Shown here one piece after another: positions 30,307-38,254 of a stretch of DNA of 64,000 nucleotides. Location of the stretch: NCBI GenBank assembly GCA_944323285.1, contig CALURV010000024.1, positions 38,893-102,892 on the forward strand. Direction: 5' to 3'. Each line of letters opens with the position of its first letter. Positions within the stretch are counted from its first letter, which is position 1. The stretch comes from Candidatus Gastranaerophilales bacterium. GTDB taxonomy: Bacteria; Cyanobacteriota; Vampirovibrionia; Gastranaerophilales; Gastranaerophilaceae. The position numbers were made by a program, and so were the translations under genes. A model generated the notes under the pieces. That model was not told where the DNA came from. It was given only the letters and a program-made list of their open reading frames with translations, and ran no database searches.

Positions 30307-31185
30307 ATGAAATTTGTAAAAATTTTACTTATAAATGTTATTTTATTTATTTTGCTACTTTTTTTATTAGAAATGTGTCTTTTTATCTCATTTAAAAGGA
30401 CGCATCCTAATATTAAATATCATTTAAAAAGTATAAGTTATGAAGATTATTTAAAAACAGTGGTTCAAAGATTTCCAGTTGGGTTAAATTATAAAAAAAG
30501 ACCAATTATTTTATCAGGATGTTCTTATATATATGGTTTGTATTTTGAAGGTATTCATACTCCACAGTATAAATTGTCTGAGTTATCAAAAAGACCAGTT
30601 TATAATTATGCTATTCCAGGTAAAGGTATACAACATACTTTATATGTTCTCAGTCATAAACTGTACGATAAAAACATAAATAATCCTGAATATTTTATAT
30701 ATTTTATGATTAGTGATCATATTAGAAGAATGTATTCTCCTGTGATGTTTAATGATTGTGTTGCTAATCCAGTCTTTAATGTTGATAAATATGGGCATGT
30801 TATTGAGTATAAAGGGAACTATCCTCTATACAAAAAAACATTCACTTATTATTATTTTTTTAATATTTATTATTTTAACTTTTTCAATAAGGATTATATT
30901 ACTCATAGAAAAAATATAGTAGCTTATTTTAGAGAAATGAATAGACTTTTAAAAAATTCTTTTCCAGACATAAAACTGGTCATAATTTTATATGATGATT
31001 TATCACCATATGATATAGTTTTTTCTTCTTTAAAAAATGATGGTATTATTGTATATAAAGCAAATGAATTGACAGATGTTAACTTGATTAATTCTAAATA
31101 TTGGATTTCAAAGACAGATCCCCATCCTAATGAAGCTGCTTGGGATGTTCTTATGCCAAAATTAGTTGAAAAATTAAACTTATAG
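30307..31185 (+). CDS. membrane-anchored SGNH/GDSL-like hydrolase or acyltransferase, paralogue 2
   Basis: Same architecture: PIILSGCSYIYG, YNYAIPGKGIQ, TDPHPNEAAW. Starts 1 nt after the upstream stop. Confidence 0.5.
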   Translation: MKFVKILLINVILFILLLFLLEMCLFISFKRTHPNIKYHLKSISYEDYLKTVVQRFPVGLNYKKRPIILSGCSYIYGLYFEGIHTPQYKLSELSKRPVYNYAIPGKGIQHTLYVLSHKLYDKNINNPEYFIYFMISDHIRRMYSPVMFNDCVANPVFNVDKYGHVIEYKGNYPLYKKTFTYYYFFNIYYFNFFNKDYITHRKNIVAYFREMNRLLKNSFPDIKLVIILYDDLSPYDIVFSSLKNDGIIVYKANELTDVNLINSKYWISKTDPHPNEAAWDVLMPKLVEKLNL

Positions 31186-31313
31186 TTTATTTTTGTATGT
31201 ATTTTAGGTATAAAATCTAAAAATTTTATATTATCTTCATATTTTTTATCTGTAGAATCTGTAGAAAATATCTTGTGATGGATTAATATTTTATTATTGA
31301 CATTATTTTTATA

Positions 31314-32309
31314 TTAAAATCCGGCTATGTTTTCTTCTCTTGAGTGTTCGACTTCGCATTTTACTTGAAAAATTTGTCCATACAACTCGCATTTTAAGCC
31401 TATTTCTTTTGATGTTTTTAATGTGTATTGCATTAAATTATATATTGGTATTAAATCATTGTTTACATTATCCATAATCCATCTGAAATCAAGATTTAGT
31501 ACAACACTTTTTATTCCTATTTCTTTACATTTTTTTAGCCAAATTAAAATTTCTTCTTCTCTATCATTATATCCAGGAACAATTATATACTTGGCCTTTA
31601 CATAATCAGCATCTTTAGGTTGATTTTTTGCATATTCTTTTAAATTTTTCCAAACATCTTTGTATGAATTTACTTGCTTAACTTTTTTATGAGTTTCTTG
31701 TGTTCCAGCATCTATTGATACTAATACCCTAATTACTCCTTTTCTTAATCCTTTTATTATAGAATTACTTCTCTTTATAGCATTAGTATGAATAATAATT
31801 TTTCTGAAATCATTTTTAATGAATTCTTTTAAGAGTGATTCAAATTCACAATATATAGTTGGTTCTCCGCCTGCAAAATCAATAGTTCCTTCCTTTTTTA
31901 ATATGTTATTTTTTATCATATCTTTTATTAATGGCAGTACCTTATATGGTTTTGTATTTTCAAGAACATATTTATCTCTTGGAGCATCGCAATATATACA
32001 ATTTGAATTACACTGAACCCAGGGGGTTAATAATAAATAATCAATATAATCATCATTATTCCACTCTTTATATGCTATATTTACGCACTCTTTGCATAAT
32101 TCAGGACAAGAATTTTCTCTAAAGTTTTTCCTTAGTTCGCTTTTTATATTGAAAAATTCTTCCCAATTTATTTTTTCACCATGGTAGTTCTCATAAATTA
32201 TTGGTCTTCCGCCATGTCTTGGATTAAAATTATTACAAAATCTTATAGTGTTACAAGAATCAAGTACCATTCCGTGTTCTATATAGCTGCAACTTTCAAA
32301 TTTTTCCAC
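31314..32309 (-). CDS. radical SAM protein with N-terminal four-Cys (twitch/SPASM-like) domain, paralogue 1
   Basis: CNSNCIYC (CxxxCxxC) at aa 100-107, FAGGEPT, SIDAGTQETHKKVK. N-terminal conserved Cys at 7, 25, 72 and 75. GTG start preceded by AAGAGGGAAA. Confidence 0.85.
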   Translation of the reverse strand: MEKFESCSYIEHGMVLDSCNTIRFCNNFNPRHGGRPIIYENYHGEKINWEEFFNIKSELRKNFRENSCPELCKECVNIAYKEWNNDDYIDYLLLTPWVQCNSNCIYCDAPRDKYVLENTKPYKVLPLIKDMIKNNILKKEGTIDFAGGEPTIYCEFESLLKEFIKNDFRKIIIHTNAIKRSNSIIKGLRKGVIRVLVSIDAGTQETHKKVKQVNSYKDVWKNLKEYAKNQPKDADYVKAKYIIVPGYNDREEEILIWLKKCKEIGIKSVVLNLDFRWIMDNVNNDLIPIYNLMQYTLKTSKEIGLKCELYGQIFQVKCEVEHSREENIAGF

Positions 32310-32319
32310 ATTTCCCTCT

Positions 32320-33303
32320 TCATATTAATTTGTATTCTGTTGTTAAATACCTGAAATTATTGTAGTCAATTAAATTTAAATTTAATTCTCTTGATTTTTC
32401 AATTATGTATTTGCATAAATCAATTAAATATTGTGGGGTTGTTATATTGTTTTCTCTTAGCTTTTTGCAATATTCATTTTCTATATCTATAACAATAGAT
32501 TTTATACCATTTTTTATATTTAGTTCAAACCATTTGTCTATTTCTTCTTTATTTGTATTAATATCCGGTATTAATATATATTTAGTTTCAACAAAGTTCT
32601 TAGTAATATCTGTTTGAGCATTAGCATATTTTTTTACATTTTTCCAAAACTTATCAAAGCAATCAACTCTCTTAATTTTATTGTACATTTCTCTTGTGCC
32701 TGAATCTGCAGAAAGACAGACGTGCAATTTTTGTTCTTTTATCCCTCTTTCAATAGCTTTAGAAAACTTAATACCGGAAGAATGAACAGTAATTCTGTCT
32801 GCGCCATTTTTTAATAGTAACTTTATTAGTTCATCAAATTCTTCAAGTATTGTAGGTTCACCTCCGGCAAATGTTATTTCTCCTCCTGGTCTAAATAATT
32901 TCTTTTTAAATAAATCTTTTATTATAGGTAATACATTATAATGTTTTTTCTTTTGAAAATTCTTTTTATCCCAAGAAGTATAACAATATATACAATCACT
33001 GTTGCACCTTGTCCAGTGGTTAAAATGTATATAATTTATATATTTTTCATTATCATCCCATTCCCTGTTTGAAAGATTAAAACACCCTTCACATCTTCTG
33101 TCTATTATATTTTCTTTATTTTCATTAATAAATTTTTGTTTTAAGTCGATGATATTGTCCCAAGTTAATCCTTTTCCATTATAATTTTCTTTTATATATA
33201 ACCTGCCGCCACCTTTATGGCAACATAAGCAACACATTTCAATATGATCATTTTCGAAACTTAAACCATGTAATATCCAGTGGCAGCTAGTATATTTATT
33301 CAT
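32320..33303 (-). CDS. radical SAM protein with N-terminal four-Cys (twitch/SPASM-like) domain, paralogue 2
   Basis: CNSDCIYC, FAGGEPT, SADSGTREMYNKIK. N-terminal Cys at 7, 24/25, 71 and 74. The ATG overlaps the upstream stop (TAATG). Confidence 0.85.
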   Translation of the reverse strand: MNKYTSCHWILHGLSFENDHIEMCCLCCHKGGGRLYIKENYNGKGLTWDNIIDLKQKFINENKENIIDRRCEGCFNLSNREWDDNEKYINYIHFNHWTRCNSDCIYCYTSWDKKNFQKKKHYNVLPIIKDLFKKKLFRPGGEITFAGGEPTILEEFDELIKLLLKNGADRITVHSSGIKFSKAIERGIKEQKLHVCLSADSGTREMYNKIKRVDCFDKFWKNVKKYANAQTDITKNFVETKYILIPDINTNKEEIDKWFELNIKNGIKSIVIDIENEYCKKLRENNITTPQYLIDLCKYIIEKSRELNLNLIDYNNFRYLTTEYKLI

Positions 33304-34310
33304 TATTGGTGCTCTTTCTCTTTATGAAATTTCATCATGTGCTCTGCTCTTTCATATAGTTCGTACTTTAATCCAAGTTGCTCAGCTTTTTCTTTTGCAT
33401 AATTAAATATTTCAAAAATTTTATCATCTACATTTTCTCTTCGTGCATAAAACCACTTTGATTCTATTTCGTGTAATACAAAATTAATTCCATTCTCTTT
33501 TGATTTTATGAGCCAAGTATCTATTTCTTCTTTAATATCATTTTCACCGGGAATCACAATATATTTTGTCTTTACCGCATACTTATCTTTTTGCTTTGAA
33601 GCATAATTTTTAAGATTTTTCCAAACTTTATCGTACGAATCTACTCCTTTTATTTTTCTATGCATTTCTTTTGTTCCTGAATCAACAGAAACAATTAAGT
33701 CAACACATCCTTCTTTTAGTCCTTTTTCGATTGCTTTTGAATATAAAATGCAAGATGAGTGAATTCTGATTAATGGAAATCCAAAATCTATAAATATATT
33801 AAGAAGTTTTTCAAACTCTTTTAATAAAGTAACTTCACCGCCGCCAAAACTTACGTGTCCATTTGGTCTTAATATATCTCTTTTTATCATATCTTTTAAG
33901 ATTGGAAGGAAGTTATAATTTTTAAAACTATTATATCGTTTTTTATCTGTCATTGTATGACAATATGAACATCTTGAATTACATTTTGTCCAATAATCAA
34001 GATTTATCATACTTATCTTTGTATGATTGTCATCCCAATCTTTTTCTTCTAAGAATATGCAACCTTCACATTTTGGATATATTTTCCCACTTTTGAAGAC
34101 ATCTTTCATTTGTTTCTTAAATTCAAATACTTTTTCCCAATTTATTGGTTTCCCTTTATAGTTATCTTCAATTATTGTATTACCGCCGCCCTTTGCACTA
34201 TACAAACAGCATACTTTATATGCATCTATATCAAAATTTATTCCAGATTCTATCCAATAACAACTTTTATAGCGCAAAATTATTCCTCTTCTCATTAATA
34301 ATTTTATCAT
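33303..34310 (-). CDS. radical SAM protein with N-terminal four-Cys (twitch/SPASM-like) domain, paralogue 3
   Basis: CNSRCSYC, FGGGEVT, SVDSGTKEMHRKIK. Alignment with the paralogues and an AGAGGAA SD favour a TTG start at 34277 rather than the ATG at 34310. Confidence 0.85.
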   Translation of the reverse strand: MIKLLMRRGIILRYKSCYWIESGINFDIDAYKVCCLYSAKGGGNTIIEDNYKGKPINWEKVFEFKKQMKDVFKSGKIYPKCEGCIFLEEKDWDDNHTKISMINLDYWTKCNSRCSYCHTMTDKKRYNSFKNYNFLPILKDMIKRDILRPNGHVSFGGGEVTLLKEFEKLLNIFIDFGFPLIRIHSSCILYSKAIEKGLKEGCVDLIVSVDSGTKEMHRKIKGVDSYDKVWKNLKNYASKQKDKYAVKTKYIVIPGENDIKEEIDTWLIKSKENGINFVLHEIESKWFYARRENVDDKIFEIFNYAKEKAEQLGLKYELYERAEHMMKFHKEKEHQ

Positions 34311-34320
34311 AACTCTACTT

Positions 34321-34352
34321 AAAATAAAAAGACATTCTATTGAATGTCTTTT
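34321..34352 (-). terminator. intrinsic terminator overlapping the stop codon of the 443-aa gene
   Basis: Minus strand reads AAGACATTC-AATA-GAATGTCTT followed by TTTATTTT. The stop codon lies in the loop. Confidence 0.65.
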
Positions 34353-35668
34353 TTATTTTGTTTTTTTATATCTTCTGCAACATGAAATTTTGTAGTTCCT
34401 GTTTTCATTTCTCTATATTTGTATATGAGTTTTGGAATTACATATCCAAGAACTAGGCAGGATATTCCAATATTTGCCATAACAGAGCTTACCTTAAGTG
34501 CTTTTGTTTTTGCTAAAAATTTATTAACTGGTTCTTTTGCTGCTTGGAAGTTTTTATCAATATTTAGAAGTTGTTGTGCTAAAGCTTCTATTTCTTTTAT
34601 ATCAATATATTTTGAGGTATCTATTATATTTGCTCCATTTGTATCTTTTAAAGTTTGTATAAATTTTGACTTCTTTGCTGCTTGAACTATTATATTATTT
34701 GGATTATTTATAAGAAAATTTAATTTTTCCGTTAAAGATTTATCTTTTTTAGGCAATTGAGCAACATCTTTTGCTATTTTACCATTTAATAGTGCGTCTG
34801 CTAATTTATTATCCATTAATACATCAATTTTTAAATCTATAGGTTTGTGGAAGAATTTATCAGCAGCTTTATTTATACCTTTTTCTATTAAATTTCCAAA
34901 CCCATATATAAAGAATAAAAATCCGCCTTCTTTTATTGCATGTTCAAAAAATTCTGTTTTATTTCTTGAACATGCAAGTCTTTCTGTTGTAATTCCTGCA
35001 TCTATAATTTTCATATTGTGCACAGGGTTAAACATTATTGCTTCACCTAAATTTTTACCTATTCCTTTGAATGTTGGATTTTTACTTGAATGGTATTCAT
35101 TAAATTCTGAAAAAATATTCTTTTCTTCATTTTGTTTTATTTTATGGTCTTTTATTGACTTCATTTCATCAATAACAGTATTTTTTGTTCTTTTTTGTTT
35201 TGTTTTAGTTAAGAGAAAAAATGTAGCAAGAGTTAAGGCTGTTGCTGCGATGATTTTACCTTTATATAAATTTTTAGCTAGCTTTCCTCCATCTTTCAGA
35301 CAATCTTTTATAGCTGATTGTACAGTTTGACTCTTTGTATTGGCCATTATACCCTTTGCATTTTCTTTTGCCCAGGCAGAATATTCTTTATTCGCTATTA
35401 TTCTTGGATCTACTTGTGGATTTATTTTCCCTATTTTATATGCAGTATAATCTATTAATTTTTTATAAAATGGTATTCCACCAATCCAAATAGCTTGTGT
35501 ACCAAACTCATCAATTGCTCTATCCATTCCTTCGATGGGACCACCTTCTTTAAATGATTTATATGTTAAACTTGATGAATCAACTCCATCTTTTATCATT
35601 ATTGGTATTAATGATTCTTTGTTTCCTAATGTTGAAACTATTTTTGTTGTTATTGATTGTATCGACAT
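34337..35668 (-). CDS. hypothetical membrane protein (443 aa), no recognisable domain
   Basis: Long ORF with SD AAAGGAAA and predicted TM segments (IIAATALTLATFFLL, GGFLFFIYGFGNLI, VMANIGISCLVLGYVIPKLI). I recognise no catalytic motif. Confidence 0.6.
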   Translation of the reverse strand: MSIQSITTKIVSTLGNKESLIPIMIKDGVDSSSLTYKSFKEGGPIEGMDRAIDEFGTQAIWIGGIPFYKKLIDYTAYKIGKINPQVDPRIIANKEYSAWAKENAKGIMANTKSQTVQSAIKDCLKDGGKLAKNLYKGKIIAATALTLATFFLLTKTKQKRTKNTVIDEMKSIKDHKIKQNEEKNIFSEFNEYHSSKNPTFKGIGKNLGEAIMFNPVHNMKIIDAGITTERLACSRNKTEFFEHAIKEGGFLFFIYGFGNLIEKGINKAADKFFHKPIDLKIDVLMDNKLADALLNGKIAKDVAQLPKKDKSLTEKLNFLINNPNNIIVQAAKKSKFIQTLKDTNGANIIDTSKYIDIKEIEALAQQLLNIDKNFQAAKEPVNKFLAKTKALKVSSVMANIGISCLVLGYVIPKLIYKYREMKTGTTKFHVAEDIKKQNKKDIQ

Positions 35669-35687
35669 ATTATTTCCTTTTTATTTG

Positions 35688-35771
35688 CTACAAGCCCCAA
35701 GCTAGATTCATTAATTTGACAATTGGGGCAATTGTCTTTTTTATTCTTTCTTCTCGTCGGATATTTTTCAT
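35688..35771 (-). CDS. candidate 27-codon micro-ORF (MKNIRREERIKKTIAPIVKLMNLAWGL)
   Basis: GGAG-TATAAA-ATG is the identical SD and spacer seen at the bona fide gene at 23137. The stop lies 19 nt before the ATG of the 443-aa gene. Not in the supplied ORF track (too short). Confidence 0.35.
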   Translation of the reverse strand: MKNIRREERIKKTIAPIVKLMNLAWGL

Positions 35772-35791
35772 TTTATACTCCTTCTTGTACT

Positions 35792-35824
35792 AAAAAACCT
35801 TCTAATTTAAATTAGAAGGCTTTT
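35792..35824 (-). terminator. intrinsic terminator after rplI (palindromic, could act in both directions)
   Basis: CCTTCTAATTT/AAATTAGAAGG perfect 22-nt palindrome, followed by T6 on the minus strand. Confidence 0.8.
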
Positions 35825-35940
35825 AATATTTATACACATAAAAATCGTACGATTATATCGTAAAGCCTCCTTTATTTACATAACGTCGATTTTGAATGTT
35901 TAACATGATTTACCCTTTTCTTTCTTTAGTATATCACAAA

Positions 35941-36435
35941 TTATTCTTCTGTTTTAGTTTCTTCTTCTATTTCTTCTTTTAATACTTCAGAAGCTGTAAC
36001 ACTAACACCTAATGAAACTTTAACTTTTGATGTTAATTTAATTTGCATGTTGAATTTACCAAGTTTATTAATAGGTGCATCTAAAGAAATAGTTTTTCTA
36101 TCTACTTCAATGCCTGTTTTATTTTTAATTTCTTCAGCAAGCTTCTTTGTTGTAATTGCACCAAATAATTTACCACTTTCACCTGCTTTTGCAGAAAATT
36201 CAATTACTTCTAAGGCTTCTATTTTTTTAGCTAATTCTAAAGCTTCAGCGTGTAACTTTTCTTGTTTCGCTTTAATTCTTGCAATATTTTTTTCTCTATT
36301 TTCTTTTGCACCTTTTGTTGCTATTTCAGCGAAATTTTGTGGTAATAAAAAATTTCTGGCATAGCCATCCTTTACATTAACTATATCGCCTGCTTCTCCA
36401 ATATTTTGTACGTCTTTTTTTAGAATTACTTCCAT
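35941..36435 (-). CDS. rplI: 50S ribosomal protein L9
   Basis: MEVILKKDVQNIGEAGDIVNVKDGYARNFLLPQ is the canonical L9 N-domain, followed by a long helix and C-domain with an acidic tail. Confidence 0.9.
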   Translation of the reverse strand: MEVILKKDVQNIGEAGDIVNVKDGYARNFLLPQNFAEIATKGAKENREKNIARIKAKQEKLHAEALELAKKIEALEVIEFSAKAGESGKLFGAITTKKLAEEIKNKTGIEVDRKTISLDAPINKLGKFNMQIKLTSKVKVSLGVSVTASEVLKEEIEEETKTEE

Positions 36436-36554
36436 TTTATGTCTCCTTAATATAATTATCGTCTTATAGTATTAAAATAATAATAAAAACATAATAAATT
36501 GTCACGTTTATATTAATAATTTTAACCGTGAAGTTGTTTTTGAGTTATTTAATA

Positions 36555-36755
36555 CTACTGGCCAATAACTGCATTAAGGTCTTCAACCATTTTCTCAGGG
36601 TCTATTCCATGAACTTTTGCTCCTGCTTCTAAATTTTCAAATCTTGCTGCTGCACAGCCTATACATCCTAATCCGTATTTTTGAAATACTTCTATTGTCT
36701 CAGGATATTGTTGTACTATTTCTATCAATCCCATTTCTTTTGTAATTTTTGACAT
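36555..36755 (-). CDS. DUF1858 / hybrid-cluster-protein-associated redox disulfide domain protein
   Basis: 66 aa; IVQQYPETIEVFQKYGLGCIGCAAARFENLEAGAKVHGID with the CxxC pair typical of this small family. Confidence 0.7.
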   Translation of the reverse strand: MSKITKEMGLIEIVQQYPETIEVFQKYGLGCIGCAAARFENLEAGAKVHGIDPEKMVEDLNAVIGQ

Positions 36756-36891
36756 GTTTATTTGACCTTTCCTTGATTATTTAATATTTATCATTAAAAT
36801 TATACAACAAGATTAGTATAGGTGTATATGTTTAGATTCTTATTTGATATTTTTTGTAAAGATACTACTATTGGTCTTTGTCAAATTGAAA

Positions 36892-36941
36892 AGAAAAAAA
36901 ATATTAGAATATTCAAAAATAAATATTCTAATATCCTTTTT
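36892..36941 (-). terminator. intrinsic terminator after the bifunctional-nuclease gene
   Basis: ATATTAGAATATT / AATATTCTAATAT 13-bp stem, followed by T9 on the minus strand. Confidence 0.65.
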
Positions 36942-36981
36942 AATAACAAAGATAATAGTCAATATTTTTTTAATAGTTTTA

Positions 36982-37491
36982 CTATTGATCAGACTGCTTA
37001 TCGTCTTTAAGCAATTTTTCAAAGTCAGAAGGTTTTATACTTTGTATAAAATTTCTAAATTCTTCCGATTCTTCTTCATCTTTGGCACTATCACAAGAAA
37101 CACTTCCATCTGCTAAAACTTTTGCAGATACAAATATTGGTGCATCAACTCTAATTGCTACAGCAATTGCATCTGATGGTCTTGCATCTATTGTTATTTC
37201 ATTTTCATTTTCATTTGTCAGATAAATTGTTGAGTAATATGTTTCTTTTTCTACATCATTTATTTCAATTCTGTTAACAGTATATCCAGTTTTTTCTATT
37301 ATATCTATAATTAAATCGTGTGTCATTGGCCTTAGAACTTTTATATTTTCTATTTTTCTTATTATTGCACTGGCTTCTGCTGATCCTATCCATATTGGAA
37401 GTGCTTTTCTATTTTCTTTATCATTTAAAACAATAATAGGAGAACCACTTGCAGTATCTATTGCTATACCCATAACTTTCATTTCAATCAT
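36982..37491 (-). CDS. bifunctional nuclease family protein (BFN/DUF151)
   Basis: VMGIAIDTASGSPIIVLNDKENRKALPIWIGSAEASAI...RPMTHDL...ARPSDAIAVAIR are DUF151 hallmarks. SD AAGGAA. Confidence 0.75.
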   Translation of the reverse strand: MIEMKVMGIAIDTASGSPIIVLNDKENRKALPIWIGSAEASAIIRKIENIKVLRPMTHDLIIDIIEKTGYTVNRIEINDVEKETYYSTIYLTNENENEITIDARPSDAIAVAIRVDAPIFVSAKVLADGSVSCDSAKDEEESEEFRNFIQSIKPSDFEKLLKDDKQSDQ

Positions 37492-37501
37492 TTTATATTC
37501 C

Positions 37502-38254
37502 TTATAATAATTTAGTTAAAATTTCAGCACCATCATCTGTAACGTGAACTGTATGTTCAAAGTGGGCAGATGCCTTTTTATCTCTTGTTACAACAGTCCA
37601 TTCATCTTCTAATACATCAACTTCATCACATCCTAGGTTTAACATTGGTTCTATTGCAATAGTCATTCCTTTTTGTAAAATAAGCGGATGATTTGTTCTA
37701 TAGTTAAAAACAAATGGATCTTCATGCATTTCACGGCCGACTCCATGTCCACCATATTGTCTTACTATTCCCAGTTTATATTTTTTTGCAACATCTTCTA
37801 TTGCTCCGGCTACTGTTTCTAGTCGTTCATTGCTTTTCATATATTCTAAGCCTGCAAATAATGACTCTTCTGTTGCTTTTAATAGCATTTTCTTTTCTTC
37901 TGATATCTTGCCAACTGGATATGTCCAGGCACTGTCTCCTACAAAACCTTTTAGTGTTGCACCTACATCTATACTTATAATGTCCCCTTCTTTTAATATT
38001 ACGTCATTAGATGGAATACCATGTACAACTTGTTCATTTACTGATGTACATATTGTTCCGGGAAATCCATGGTAACCTAAAAATGTTGGATCTGCTTTGT
38101 TGGCTTTTATTATTTTATATGCTAATTCATCAAGCTCTTTTGTTGTAACTCCTTCTTTTACTGCATCTTTCATTGCCGCATGAACTAGTGCTACAACATT
38201 ACCTGCTTGTTTCATTAGATTTACTTCAAACTTTGATTTCCTATGAATAGACAT
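37502..38254 (-). CDS. map: type I methionine aminopeptidase
   Basis: FLGYHGFPGTICTSVNEQVVHGIP, DVGA, GHGVG and EPM metal-ligand blocks; 250 aa. Confidence 0.95.
   Translation of the reverse strand: MSIHRKSKFEVNLMKQAGNVVALVHAAMKDAVKEGVTTKELDELAYKIIKANKADPTFLGYHGFPGTICTSVNEQVVHGIPSNDVILKEGDIISIDVGATLKGFVGDSAWTYPVGKISEEKKMLLKATEESLFAGLEYMKSNERLETVAGAIEDVAKKYKLGIVRQYGGHGVGREMHEDPFVFNYRTNHPLILQKGMTIAIEPMLNLGCDEVDVLEDEWTVVTRDKKASAHFEHTVHVTDDGAEILTKLL

Noticed and set aside
31249-31266. Tandem 9-mer TCTGTAGAA x2 in the convergent spacer between the SGNH pair and the radical-SAM trio.
   Set aside because: There are only two copies, with no spacer and repeat architecture and no further copies seen elsewhere. 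It is not a CRISPR array or an obvious operator.
35853-35906. 17-codon ORF (MLNIQNRRYVNKGGFTI) just downstream of rplI, followed by a short TACGAT/ATCGTA hairpin.
   Set aside because: It is very short, has only a weak AAAGGG upstream, lies in the rplI 3' region ahead of the real terminator, and has no feature separating it from chance. It is noted only because the adjacent 27-codon ORF looks better.
36822-37116. Three overlapping 60-90-aa ORFs in the spacer between the DUF1858 gene and the bifunctional-nuclease gene.
   Set aside because: They overlap one another and the 13-bp-stem terminator, have low-complexity translations, and partly run antisense into the nuclease gene. The region is better explained as a terminator plus promoter.
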